Positions 47,900 through 61,445 are shown, numbered from the stretch's first letter. The stretch is 64,000 nt of DNA from Negaprion brevirostris (GCA_030324005.1 JARDVH010000084.1:55597894-55661893); one strand, 5' to 3'. Made by a program: numbers and translations. Notes: generated from the sequence alone by a model not told the origin.

Positions 47900-50880
47900 T
47901 CTTACAGCAACTTGCATTCCTTTTAAATATATAATGGGGAAGGCCTAAGATTTGAGGAAAGTACACAACGTCTTGATTGCCAACCATTGCGTAGATCACA
48001 TATTCCTCTCCTGACTTCTTTTAGGTATATTCCTGTCTTGGAGGTATGATGAAATTGCATTACTTGAGATGTTACACCTCATTCAGGAAAATGCCTATGA
48101 AAGAACTGAAACTGGAGTGTCCAGTCTGGCCATCTGCATGCTTCAGGAGGACAAGGTTCTGCTGCTGTCATCCAAGGAATGGACCTGCTCCATCAAGCAC
48201 AGGTGAGATCAGAGGAAGGCCTGGGGCTGGGTAACTTATGTTAATAGTAGTTTGTGTTCAAAGGCAGGGAAGCCTCCTGGTGGAAACATTGCTTGCTATA
48301 AGTATGTTTAAATGGTTGCAAGGTGTTGTATCTCATAATCCATATGCTGCTTATGGTGTTGAACATTGTGACCTTGCATACCTAATGAAAGCTCTGAAAT
48401 GCCAATAAATACCCTTCTTTTGTCGGCCTTGCACAAATGAACTTTCTTCCACTGACCCCATCAGCCAGTGGGACTGACAGTTATCTCAGAGGAAGAAGAA
48501 CCACCCTCGGAGGGTCCAGCATCATATCTTCTACCAGCACAAGGCACTAGCATAGCTCCTGGTACCTCAGCAGGGATTAGCATGTCAGGATAAGGGCAAA
48601 CACAATCTGGTAAGGGCAGTTCACAGTTGCACATGCAACTACTGGAGAGTGTGGAGAAATAGGCCTCGGGCAGTAGGTGGAGCACTTGAGGGTGATCTGG
48701 AAACTGAGTCTGACTCGAGCCTCTGAAGTTGTCCAAGAGGCGACAGATGCTGGATGTCCAGTGCAAGGTGGGTAAAGATTTGATTATAAAAGAGGCTGCA
48801 TACTCTGGCCCAAACTGTGACGATATCCATCTGGGCCATGCGATCACCTCTTTGGAGCACCAAACTTCCTTCATGGACAGACTGGCAATTGTCCTGAAGA
48901 GACAAATCTACCATGTTTTAGATGGTATTTTGGGTATACACACTGACCTGTACACCATCATCATCCAGGCTCTGAGCTCAGGGGTCCATAACCAAGGGGA
49001 TTGGGAGCCTGGATATTAAGCCAGCTCCTGAGATCTCATGGAAAGGCAAGGAAGACTAATCAGCCCGCGTGGCAAATGATAAACAACTCCTGCACTTCTG
49101 ATGGGGGCAGCATCTCCTATGTCCATCTGCCATAGGCAAAGCCATCCACAGTGGCAGCAACAGAAGCTACTCCTGTGACTCGGCAAGAGTCTTCTAACAT
49201 GGCAGAGCCCTCAAGCGTCAGCTGCACAGTGGACACCACCAAAGTCATCCAGAGGGGACAAGAGAATCAGCAGCATCTCTCCAGTGTAGCAGCAAGTGAT
49301 GAGAGAGCACCGTGCAAAAGGAAAAAAATTAAGAAAACTCCACACTCACCACAAAGCAGGTCACATGGGTGCATTTTGTAGATGTGAACATTAATATGCC
49401 ATAGGTAAGATGCTCATAAGCCTTCAATGCACTATCCTTTGTATAGAGGTTCGTGCATTGTTTAAGAGATCTAAGGATTTTCTTTGGAAAATATTCTTGA
49501 CTCTTGTTAGGGACTGGAGCAGAAACTCCAAAGTAGATTATGAAGTTAGCCTAGACCCCAACTGTTCTTAATTTTGTTATTAGTGTGAGCATAAGGTATT
49601 TCACTCCAGGTGTGATTTTATTGACCCACGAAGTTTTTATTTAAACTTTTATTTAACAATACAGTTTAACTACGACAAAAATAATTAGCATAACTTTTAC
49701 CAATTGGAATACGGAAATATGATAAGGTATAATTCCTAACTGTTAGTTATCTCCATTTGTTCCAATTTAAGCAATATTCATCATAAACATAAACTCCTCA
49801 TCAGAATCAGTAAGCAAAAACACACAGGTTTACTTGAGTTGCTAGTCTTTCAGTATTTTAACACCTCTGGACAGAAGGGAGGGAGGAAAAATATCCCTCT
49901 TGCCTTTTGCAGACTTCTGCAGAGAGATAACTCTTGCAGCAGGTCCTAGACTTCAATTTCCAATCAGAGAGAGAAGCGCTGCTGCTCCTTTTAAATTCAA
50001 ACAGCAATTGCCTGCTTTTTTCCTCTCTGTTAGCCTAGCTCCACCTACTCATGATTTTCTTCTTCTCAATCAACCTAATCAAACCCTACTCAGAAACCAC
50101 AGGGGACAACTCTAAGAATAATAATAATACATTAGCTCAGATTAAAACAAACACTCCAATAATTAGGAGCAATATATTTTTAAATGTGAGCTGCCGACTG
50201 CACACAATTAGCACTGTAATCAGAGCTGAAGCATGAATGTATCCTTCACCAGAAATATGACATAAAATACATTTCTTAAAGGCTCAGTATTGTCACATTT
50301 GTCAGTAGTGAATATTGGTCAAGATACAGTGTCAAAGGAACCAAAATGGTGAGTGTGCTGAAGGACTAGACATTCCCAGTGAGCTCACATTCTAGCTGGA
50401 ATGATATTGAGACACAGATAGTATATGCAGGTTTGAGGCTGAGAAATCCTGCCCTATTGCGATCCCAATATTAGCAAGGCATTCCTTGTGTAATAGTCAT
50501 CTATGCAGAGCTTTACACCTCTCTGTCAGGGGTTCCTTCACCTCCTCTTTGCCATCATCATCAGAGGAATGTCTACAGCTTGCATCTTCTCTTCAGGACA
50601 GCCGTCTCTAAATAGCAGCACACAACAACCATGAGTGAAACTCTGGCATATTCCACAATGCTCCTGCTGATCTATCCAGGCAGCAGAAGCTCTCCTTTAA
50701 CAGATCAATTGTCTACCATGTCCCTAGTAGTTTCATGGGTCATCAATATAGTTCCTGAGTCATCTGTTCTGGAGCCTTCACTGGCGTTATGCATTGTCTC
50801 TTCAAAGGGTAACCCACGTCCCCCAAAAGCCAAACATCTAGTGCATCAGGTTGCAGATGGAAAAAAACAGTCATTAAAAC
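47900..50880. mobile_element. Harbinger relic: + strand Myb-like ORF remnants and - strand transposase C-terminus, interrupted by an LTR
   Basis: IQENAYERTETG at ~48080 resembles AHNYRERKKTGGG; DVWLLGDVGYP at ~50805-50838 and VVVCC on the minus strand. Confidence 0.65.
49505..50297 (-). mobile_element. Solo Gypsy-type LTR
   Basis: TG...CA termini; minus-strand start TGTGACAAT..CCTTTAAGA resembles the LTR start after the PPT at 56421; no TSD seen. Confidence 0.6.
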
Positions 50881-51319
50881 CCTACTCCCAAATTAGCACT
50901 TGAACTCATGGTTCCCAAGCTCATCCCAAAATGGAAAAAAATTAAATAATCCCGTAGAATTGCAACTTCGAAATTCAGCTGAGGGAAAGCAAAAGGCAGG
51001 ATTTGATGAATTGCTGACTTCAAAGTAAAACACTGAACAAAAGAACTCTAGTTAGTTGATCCAGGCAGCCACTGTTAATTTTACCAAAGTTGAACACAAT
51101 CGCTACTGTAGTGCAGCATGCCAAAACCAGCAAGCGTGGGAAATCCCTTTGTCTCCAAGTAAACAGCAACACCATCTTGAAATTTGGAAAGCTCTTAAAG
51201 CAGAACATGCACCCTGTGATCAGAATTCCCTATTTCCAAATCAATTCAGACTAACCCAAAGCCCAGATCAATCACATAATTGGGGGTGTTGAAGCAATGA
51301 TTTATGTATATATCCACCC

Positions 51320-53500
51320 AGGTCCCTCTGCTCCTGAACCCACTTTTGTCATCTTTATTTTATATTGTCTCTTCTTGTCTTTTCCTACCAAAATGAAACA
51401 CTTCACACTTCTCTGCATTAACTTTCATCTACCACTTGGCTGTCCCTTTCACCAACCTGTCTGTGTTCTTTTGAAGTTCTATACTATTCTCTTCGCAGTT
51501 CACATTGCTCCCAAGTTTCATAGCATATCATTATCAGATCATTAATACATGTCAGGAAGGTCCCAACACTGACTCCTGAAGAACTTGACTACAAACTTTC
51601 CTCTAATCCAAATAATATCCATGAACTACTATTCTGTTTTCTATTATTCAGCATGTTGCTATTATCCCTTTTATTACATGAGCTATATCTTGGCCCTCAA
51701 GTCTGTTGTGCAGCACTTCATGGCTTTTTGAAAGTCCATGTACACCACATCAAGAGCATTACCTTCATTAATCTTCTCTATTTTCTCATTCCATTCATTT
51801 CAACCTTCTCAATCAATCTCCCGTTTGGGACCTCATCAAAAGCTTTGCTAAAATCGATATAAACTATATCAACTGCAATTCCCTCATCCACACAATCTAA
51901 TTTTTGAAAAATTCTATCAAATTTATTAGGCATGACCTCCCTCTGACAAAACCATGCTAATTAGCCCATGCCTTTCCAAGTGGAGATTAATTCTCTCCTT
52001 CAGAACGTTCTCCAAAAGTTTCCCCACCACTGGCATGAGACTTACTGGTCTGTAATTTCCGGGTTCATCTCTACCACCCTTCTTGAAAAGTAGAACCACT
52101 TTAGCTGTCCTCCAGTCCTCTGGCACTTACCCCGTGTCTAGACAGGTATTAAAACTTTGTGTCAGAGCCCCTGCAATTTCCTGCCTCATGTCCCTCAGCA
52201 ATCTGGAATGAAATTCATCCAGGTCTGGAGGTTTGTCAATTTTTAAGCCCTTCAGAACCTCCAATACTTCCTCATTCCCTATGTCAAATTGTGCAAGTTC
52301 CTCAGTCCCTTTTTCTGAGTTCTGTACCTACATTCTTCCTTTCCTGAGTGAAGATCGATGAGAAATATTTAACACACTTCCAGCTTGTTCCCTAGGTCTC
52401 AAATGGGCCCTACTCTCCCCTTAATGTATTAATAAGTTTTTTTAGGATTCTCCCTAATCTTGTTCACAAGTCCTTTCTCATGCCCCGTTTTTGCTCTTCT
52501 AATTGCTTTCTTAAGTTCCTTCTTGTACTTCTTATATCCCTCTAGGGCCACAGTTGAATTGCTTCCTTTGGATTGCTAAATGCCTTTCTCTTCATCCTCA
52601 GCTCGTCATATATTGTCCTAGGCATCCAGCATTCCCTGAATTTATTGCTCCTACATTTCCCCCTATAGGGAACATTTTGGACCTGTACTTTCTCAGTTCC
52701 TTTTTGAATGTCCCCCCTCTGCTTCGCTGTAAACTTTTCCACAAGAAGCTGTTCCCAGTCAACTTTGGTCAGTTGCTGTCTTATTTCAATAAAATATGCC
52801 TTCCCCCATCCAATCCAAAGCAGCCTTTTGCAGGTCATCTTTTTCCTTGTTCATAACAAATTTGAACTGTACCACATTGTGGTCGCTATCCCTAAAATGC
52901 TCACACACTGTCACATTGGACACTTATCTGACTTCGTTTCCCAGAACCAGATCCAGCACTGTGCCATCCTTTGTTGGACCTTCTACATATTAACACAAAT
53001 AACTCTCCTGATTACATTTCAAAAAATTCACCCCCTCTAAACTGTTTACACTATGACTACCCCAATTTATGTTGGGGAAGTTGAAATCCCCTAGTATCAT
53101 TGCCCGATTATTGTCCTTATATAACTCAATGAACTCTCAATATGTCTGCTCCTTTATTTCCTGTTGACACTTTCGGGGCCTATAATACACACCCAGTAAT
53201 GTGGCTGCCGCCTTTATATTCCTAAGTTCTACCAACTAAGCCTCATTTGAAGACCCTTCCAAGTTATCATCTCTCCTTATTGCAGTAATTGATTTCTTAA
53301 TTAATAGTGTTACACAACCTTCATTTTTACACCCTCCTCTGTCTCTCCTAAAGATCCTATTCCCCAGACTGTTGAGTTGCCATTCCTGCCCTTCCCTGAA
53401 CCAATATCATACTTCCATGTGTCAATCCACACACATAATTAATCAGTCTTACACTCCTAGCATAAAGTAAAGACCATCCAGCCTTGCCTCACTCTCTTGA
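51320..53500 (-). mobile_element. CR1 LINE ORF2 fragments
   Basis: PEDWRTAKVVLLFKKGGRDEPGNYRPVSL motif; APE remnants at 52800-53450. Confidence 0.88.
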
Positions 53501-54139
53501 CACTCAACATAGCTGAACCCACTCTGGCATGCTTCTGTTACTTTATCTTAATTCCTATATTTTTGTCAATCGGGGGCTCTGGATTTGTTTACTCTGCCTT
53601 TCCATGACATGGGAATATACCTTGTCAATGCCTGAACAATCTCAGAGGCGATTCTTCTAAAACAAAACTAAGTGCCCAATGGGATGGAAAACGGGAGATT
53701 TTTTTCTGCCCGTTTTTGGGCATATGTGGATGAATCTCTGTCCACAGAGTGTCTCAGAGGATTTGTGTCAGTAAGTGGGTAGCACAATGCTACTGGCTCA
53801 AGAGGCCAGTAGCATAGTGCTTAGTGGGCCACTGCGCGTGTGGTGACCTGTCAGTGGGGACATCTCTGCATGTGCATTGGTTCCCCTCCCCCTCNNNNNN
53901 NNNNNNNNNNNNNNNNNNNNNNNNNNNNNNNNNNGCCTTACCAACTCCCCCTCCTGATCACTGCCCCCCCCCCCCATTCCCTACCCAATCGACAGCCTCC
54001 CCGACCCCCCAGCCCTGAATGGCAGCTTCCTGCCCCCTCCTCTGGACCACCCCCCACCATGTGCAGCCCCAAATGCCCTCCTCTCTCCCTCTCGTAACGA
54101 TCCCATTGCAGAGTGTGCAGTGTGTCTCTCCCCTCCACC

Positions 54140-55450
54140 AATATGGAAAAGAACAAGAACAGGTGGAGGATGAGGTGGATATTTTTAGTTCAGGAAAATT
54201 GGCAGAGTTACAACAGAAAGGTACAGAAATAAAACAGTTCTATCAGAAAGCATCTATGGTAGAGGGATGTTATTGCATTAAAAATGATATCTTAATGAGG
54301 AAATGGAAACTTTTACATATTCAGGTGGATGAAAAGTGGACAGGAGTTCATCAAGTGGTATTGCCATTAGGGTATAGAAAGGAGATGTTGCGAGTAGCAC
54401 ATGAGGTACGAGCATGTCATTTGGGAGTAAAAAAAATCAAGCTAAAATACAAAACATTTTTATTGGCCTGGACTGCATTAAGGTGTAGTTAAATTTTGTC
54501 GGTCATGTCACGCATGTCAAGTCATAGGAAAATGTCAAGCGGTAATAAAACCAGCACCCTTAATACCCATTCCAACATTTGAGGAATCTTCTGCAAGGGT
54601 CCTAACTGATTGCATGACACCTCCCTAAAACATAAAGTGGGAATCACTATCTATTGACTATAATGGATTTGTCTACACATCCAGAGGCCAATCCATTACA
54701 TAAGATTACAGCTGAAAGGATTGTAGAGGAGTTACTTAATTTTTTTACTAGCTATGGACTACCCACAGGAATACTGTTAGAGCAAAGATCAAATTTTACA
54801 TCAAAGTTATTCAAGGAGGTATGGATAGCTTAGGAATAACACAATTTAAACCAACTGCACATCACCCAGAATCGCAGGAAACGTTGGAGCAGTGGCATCA
54901 AACTTTAAAGACAATGTTGAGGGCTTATTGTCAAGATTATCCAGAGGATTGGAATATAGGAATTCCATTTGTACACTTCGAAATTAGGGATACATCTATT
55001 GAGTCAACCAAATTCTATCCATTTGAATTGACTTTTGGTCATGAAGTAAAGGGACCATGTAAATGGATTAAGGAGAAGTTGGTGAGTCAGAATTCTGAGA
55101 CAACATTATTGGACTATGCGTCAAATTTTAGGGAAAGGTTGAATCAAGCAGATGAATTGGCTAGAGAACATTTAAAAGTGGCACAGCATGTGATGAAACA
55201 GGAAGCAGATAAGAAATCAAAAATACATAGTTTTGCTAATGGGAATAAAGTCTTAGTACTGCTACCAGTGGTGGCCAAACCTTTAAAAGCAAGGTTTAGT
55301 GGACCTTATCAACTTAGAAGGAAATTGAGTGAGGTGGATTATTTGATGAGAACGCCTGATAGCACGAAAACCCAAAGATTGTGTCATGTGAATATGCTTA
55401 AAAAGTATTTTGATACGGAAGGAGAGCAAAAGGAGGAGGTTTTAGTGATA
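54140..55450 (+). pseudogene. Gypsy LTR retrotransposon integrase relic
   Basis: HHCC zinc finger (AHEV..CHLG...CRSCHACQ), core (HHPESQETLEQWHQTLKTML, PFELTFG) and GPY/F (RFSGPY...HVNMLKKY) motifs. Confidence 0.9.
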
Positions 55451-55666
55451 ACCTTTTCAAGTTGGCACAGGTTTAGATGGAAAAGCTGGTGTTTGCTCAG
55501 TCTCAGATGTAGCAGCCAAAAGTCTCCATCAATCACACAGAACTGATGGAGGTGTAGAAGGAGGACCAGCTAATGGACAATAATGTGAACAAAGAAAGTG
55601 AGCAGGTATTGAGAGAGATAAAAGTCAAATTGACTGTTTTGGAACATATTCCTGACTTATTCAAAT

Positions 55667-55848
55667 TGCACTGCTCCTTCATCAGGTGATTGGGAGTTCT
55701 GTTCACAAACAGAACAAACAGAATGCCCACTCACCTGATGAAGGAGCAGTGCTCTGAAAGTTTGTGGCATGAGCTACCTGTTGGACTTTAACTAGTGTGA
55801 GACTCCTTACTGTGCTTACCCCAGTCCAACACTGGCATTTCCACATCA
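55667..55848 (+). mobile_element. Penelope pLTR-derived hammerhead-like unit with inverted partial duplicate, inserted in the Gypsy relic
   Basis: CTGATGA-A-GGAGC/AGT/GCTCT-GAAA at 55735-55759; inverted copy at 55668-55704; flanking TTCAAAT duplication. Confidence 0.75.
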
Positions 55849-56407
55849 TGTTCAAATAACGTATAGTGGTTTTCGTAGCAGTCTAACTGCCACAGCGATC
55901 TTTGGAACCATGGTCAAAATGGGTTCTGACACCAAGGATGATAATCTACTGTGTGTCTTTACCAAGGAGTGTGCTTAAAGTGATGGTACAGATCCAAATC
56001 AAACAAAGAAGCTGAATTGCTTGGCAGAGGAGGACCTAAGCCAATAAACAAGAAAGGAGACAGAGACAAATGACCTTTCAGAATGATCCTGATTACACAT
56101 ATACAATGTATGATCCTGCTTAGTTCTCTGCAGACATTACCAGGGCTAATTTATCATCGAAACAACAAATTTAGCTTGAACTTGGAATCAAAGCCAGATT
56201 AAGGACTGAGGGAGAATTTTGGAGATGAAGCAGTTTCACAAATGTGATAAAACGGAATGTTCAATGGTGGAAGACAAGGACTGAAATGGACAATATTACT
56301 GTTATGTTTGCATGTTTTGATTTTGTAAACTGTATGTACATTTATTGTACTGGTGGTGTGAAACTGAAAGAGTTTGAAAAATGAAAATATCTTTAAATGT
56401 TTTTTCC

Positions 56408-56540
56408 TTAAGGGGGGAGATGTGATGTTAGTGTACCTTTTAAGAGTTTTTTTTAAAATCATGATCTCAGCAGCTCTCACAGCTTCAGTGTTTCTCAGCT
56501 CACAGCCTTAGTGATGCCATTATACCACCAGTTTGTCTGG
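56408..56540 (+). mobile_element. Gypsy polypurine tract and start of 3' LTR
   Basis: TTAAGGGGGGAGA followed directly by TGTGATG at 56421, downstream of the integrase. Confidence 0.7.
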
Positions 56541-57650
56541 AGGAGTCTTTTTATTTCTGCTGCACATGTGCAAGAGACAGAGTTGGAGGAGTGCAGGTAT
56601 CTTGGAGAGGTGGAGAATATTACAAAGGTACGAGGGTGAGGCCCTGAAATGTATTTGAAGACAAGGATGATAATTTTAAAATTGAGACATTTCTCTACTG
56701 AGAGGCAATGTTGGCTAGCAAGCATAAGAGCGATGGGTGAATGGGAGTTCGTGCAAGTTGTAACATAGGCAGCAGTGATTAAGATGAACTCAAGTTTATG
56801 AAAGGGGAAGGTAGGTGACTGATGGAAATGCATTGGAACAGTCAATTTTAAAGGTGATAAAGACATAGGTATGGATTTCAGTAGTAGCTGAGCTGATGCA
56901 GAGGTGGAGTTAGGTGATGTTCATGCAAAAAGGCAGTCTTAATGATGGGGCAGATATGAAGTTGGAGGCTTTTTTATGGGCCAGTACAACACCAAGGTTG
57001 TGAATAGCCTGTTTCAGTGTCAGACTGTTAGTAGAAGAGGGTAAGAACATAAGAACATAAGAAATAGGAGCAGGAGTAGGCCATCTAGCCCTTCGAGCCT
57101 GCCCCGCCATTCAGTAANNNNNNNNNNNNNNNNNNNNNNNNNNNNNNNNNNNNNNNNNNNNNNNNNNNNNNNNNNNNNNNNNNNNNNNNNNNNNNNNNNN
57201 NNNNNNNNNNNNNNNNNAAGAAAGATCTCCTTAAAGATCCTCCACTGCTCCTCAGCAGACCTACCTTCCAACGCGCTCCCCCAGTCAACATTCATAATGG
57301 AACCAATGACTCCAAAAAGACTGGGGCAAATACACAATGGCTTCAGTCTTTCCAGTATTTTGTTGAAGGAAATTTCTGCTCATGCAGTACTGGATGTCAG
57401 ACAAGCAATGTAACAAATTAGACTCCGTTGAGGCAGGGGGATGTTGAAAGAGGTAATGGAGTGGTGGAATTGGTGTAATAAGGGGCAGCAGAAAGATAAG
57501 AAATAGGAAGGAGGGCCAAAGATAATTCCTTGGCGGTCTCTAGAGATAACAGTGTTTGAGAAGGAAGAGAAGCCATTGCAGATGAGTCTCTAGTTATAAC
57601 TGAATAGATAAAAATAGAATCAGGCAGGTGCAGGCCCACCTAGCTGGACA
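56540..57650 (-). mobile_element. L2 LINE fragments with a CR1 3' end inserted at ~57040
   Basis: LNFKIIILVFK and HNLGV motifs on the minus strand; (TAAGAACA)n CR1 tail at 57042-57065. Confidence 0.65.
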
Positions 57651-57654
57651 GCAA

Positions 57655-58400
57655 AGGCTGGTAAAAATAGGGAAAATCCCAAGATATTCTATAAGTATAT
57701 CAATGGGAAGAGGATAACTAGGGAAAGAGTAGGGCCCATTCGGGACCAAGGGAGCAATCTGTGGGAGGAGCCAGACAACACTGGTAGAGTGTTGAATGAA
57801 TATTTCACATCCGCCTTAACCCAACGGAATTCAGGGAAAGAGACTGTGATGTTAACAAGTAATTTAACACAGGGAAGGCAAGGTATTGGAGGTGCTGGCA
57901 GCCTTAAAAGTTGATAAATCTCCAGGTCCAGATGGATTGTGCGCTAGGCAGCTGTGAGAGACAGGGAGGAGATTTCTGACGCAAATTTTCAATTCCTCAC
58001 TGGCCACAGGGGAGATGCCAAATGACTGGAGAACAGCTAATGTGGTTCTGCTATTTAAGAATGGTTGTAGAGATAAACCAGGGATCTACAGACCAGTGAG
58101 CCTCACATCAGAGGAAGGGAAACTTTTTGCGAAACATCTGCAGGAGAGCATCTATCTCCGCTTAGAGAGACAATGCTTGATTAGGGATATCAGCATAGCT
58201 TCATCAGACAGAAGTCATGCCTAACAAATTTGATTGAATCTTTTGAGGAGGTGTGTAGACGAGGGTGGTGCAATTGATATAGTTTATATGGATTTCAGCA
58301 AAGCCTTTGATAAGGTTCCACAAAGGAGACTTATAAAGAAGGTAAATTGACATGGGATACAAGGTAATTTGATAAAGTGGACATAAAATAGACATAGTAG
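57655..58400 (+). mobile_element. CR1 LINE RT fragment
   Basis: PNDWRTANVVLLFK...YRPVSLTS and YMDFSKAFDKVP motifs. Confidence 0.9.
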
Positions 58401-59444
58401 TACGCCAAATCACACACACATATATCTACAGTCAATCCGCTATGCCTCTATGAACAAATATCTGACAATCGCGGAAAATGATAGTTCTATTATCATTGCC
58501 CTTATTTTGTCTTTTGACTACAAGCACTTCATCTGGAAAATCTACAGCAAGATCAGGAGAATTGCAATGCACATACAGAACAACAATGTAATGCATTTAA
58601 ATACTAAGTACTACAAGCGTAAAATAATCCAAATGGTACAAAATTGGACAAATAGCAAAATATAGGCTTTCTGATGTATTATCTTGTATGTAATATATGC
58701 ATTCTTTTCTACCAGTCTATGTGCAATATATTTCAACCTCTGTTTTCCTACCAGGAAGCTAAAAGACAGAATAAGCATTACTATTAATCTTCTTCGGGAT
58801 GAAATACACAAGCATACCTATAGGATTTCTTTTCATCTTTTGAAGAAATCAGTGTTGTGGTGATTTGTGCATATTCAGAAATGTACACTGATTATTTTTG
58901 TCACTTCTCGAATCCCATTAAAGCTGCAGTTCAGTGTGCCGATGTGGTGTTAATCTGGAGTTTGGACACAGCCCAGTTTTGGGCCCCATGCTGCTTTATG
59001 AGATCCGTCTCCAGGGAACTCACTGTCAGTACGAGCTCAGGAAACAGTTGCGCTGTTCACTTTCAGAGAACGTTTTGAATTAGGAAGCCAAGCTCTCCTC
59101 TATTTTAGTTTAAAGTGTATCATAAACTTAATTGTTCCCAGGTGATTCTTTCCTTGCATTGTGGAATGTGCAGAATATTTCAAATACGTTATAAATCTTT
59201 GTGTATAACTGAACTAGTCAACACCCTTGCCAATTCAAAAATATCTTTCCGACAAACGTGCAGTTAAATCCTCCAACATACCTTTGATTGTTCATAAGGT
59301 TTTTTCTTTAAGTCGAAACGATCAGGAATTATTTTATTCCTTTCCAGCTATTCTATCCTGAACGTGGTGACTCTGGTCAGAGTGCAGTATCACAATCCAG
59401 TGGTTATTCTTCACATCAGTCAAAACAGTGACTGTGCAAAGAAG

Positions 59445-59748
59445 GGTGGCACAATGGCACAGTGTTTAGCACTGCTGCCTGACAGTGCCAGGGACCCAGG
59501 TTTGATTCTCAGCTTTGTTCACTGTCTGTGTGGAGTTTGTATATTCTTCCTGTGTCTGTGTGCATTTCCTCAGATGCTCAATTTCTTTCCACAGTCCAAA
59601 GATGTGCAGGTTAGGCTGATTGGCAATACTAAAATCCCCCTTCGTGTCAGGGGGTTAGTAGGGCAAATAAGTAGGGTTCTGGGGATAGGTCAGTATAGAC
59701 TCAATGGGCTGAATGGCCTCCTTCTGCACTGTAGGGATTCTATGAATC
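59445..59748 (+). mobile_element. HE1 SINE (CR1 tail)
   Basis: GGTGGCACAATGGCACAGTGTTTAGCACTGCTGCC head; GGGATTCTATGAAT tail. Confidence 0.9.
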
Positions 59749-61094
59749 TAGTCTATTCCAACATTGGGGCTTAAAAATTAGTTCAATCTTGTCCTCATGA
59801 ACATCTACACATGACCACTTGTGAAAGCAATCCAGAACAAGGAGTCCAGGTGACTTTTACTTTTCTATCTAACCAGTATTGATGCCAATTTATTTCCCAA
59901 ACACTGGCTTGGGCTGAGATCAACTAACCCCAAACTGAGCAATGATTAAGTCTGAGTTTTGTGGCCCTTAAGTCACAGTGAGACATTAAGCAGTTCACAT
60001 ACCCACTGAAATCCTGAGGAAGTTTCAATAATTGTTCAATTTCTGCTTTATAACACCCTATTTATTCAGAACACAGAGAACCCAGCTGTGTTGAATCTAA
60101 TACCAAGCAAAGTTAACTGATAGAAATCATATGGAAGTACGATTGTAAAACCCACAAGGTTCGTATCAACCCAACCTATTTTGAATGTGGCAGCTCACCT
60201 GTACTTAATCTTTTTCATTAACTGAAGTGCATTTCTCTAGCCAATGTTTTTTTTTCTGCATGCCTGTGTTTAAACTTTAATGATAAAATATGATTGCCTT
60301 TTGGCAGTCTTCAGTGGAAATGTATTTTAGCTGTTAACAATATCTGTTTCTTGTTAGAGTTTATACAGCTCTAAAGAGAATGAAATTCCTTACTGATGAC
60401 AATTTAACATTTATATATATAATTTTCCCATTGGGTATTCTAATTATTCTACTTAAGAGTATAATGTATAGAATATACAGAAGCTATAGAATTCCCATCC
60501 AATTATTAAAATATTCTCAATATCACTTGCTTGTCCAGTTGTATTGTTCAGTATTCAAGATCATACAGTCTCACTGTCTGACATAGGTGATATTTAATGT
60601 TCCCCCCCTTGGCCTGTTTTAGGTGGGGAAGGCGACTGATCGGGCAGGATGGTGCAGGTGGGGAATCCACCACCTTCACCCTGAATACATCTGTGTCATG
60701 AAGGACCATGGAAGATCTGCCTTCCACCTCCAGTAGAGGCACTGAATGGGCAATTAATGCCCAAATATGAGCCTGATCCCACCAAAGGCATGCAGGATGT
60801 CACCACTGAGAGTTGATGAGCAAACCTGTACAGATTGCTAATAGTCTCTGGGAGAAGTGGGGGAGGGTGATGTTCCATTGTTCAAAGATACTGAGTGCCT
60901 AATCAAGGGACCAAGCATTGACAAGGAGGTTGGAGGGGGCCACTGAGAGTCACACATCTGACTTGCTGAGCCCCCTTAAATCTGCTTCCCCTGCTATCCC
61001 CATTCTGCGAAACACATCCCACCATCACTCACCTGAGCCCAGGGATGTAATAAAAATCCAGGCCTTGGGATAGTGTTTCACCTGTGGTGGGCCA

Positions 61095-61445
61095 TAGAAT
61101 TCATAGAACCCATGGAATCCCCATAGTGCAGAAAGAGGCCATTCCACTCATCGAGTCTGCACCAACTCAGCGTCTTATCCACGCCCACCCCTCTGCCCTA
61201 TCCCCATATCCTCACACGTTTTCTATGGTTAATCCAACTAATCTACACATCTTCTGACATTAAGGGTCAACTTGGCATGGCCAATCCACCTAGCCTGCAC
61301 ATCTTTAGACTGTGGGAGGAAACAGAACACCCGGAGGCAATAGAGAAAACATGCAAACTCCACACAGAGAGTCATGCATGGCCAGAATTGGACCCAGGTC
61401 CCTGGTGCTGTAAGGCAGCAATGCTACCCACTGTGCCATCATGCC
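61095..61445 (-). mobile_element. HE1 SINE (CR1 tail) nested in a GC-rich unclassified repeat (~60590-61650)
   Basis: Homologous to 28062-28380. Confidence 0.85.

Noticed and set aside
54821-55546. 241-aa ORF as a domesticated integrase gene
   Set aside because: Upstream integrase portion has stops and frameshifts, and a PPT/LTR follows; it is a decayed retrotransposon.
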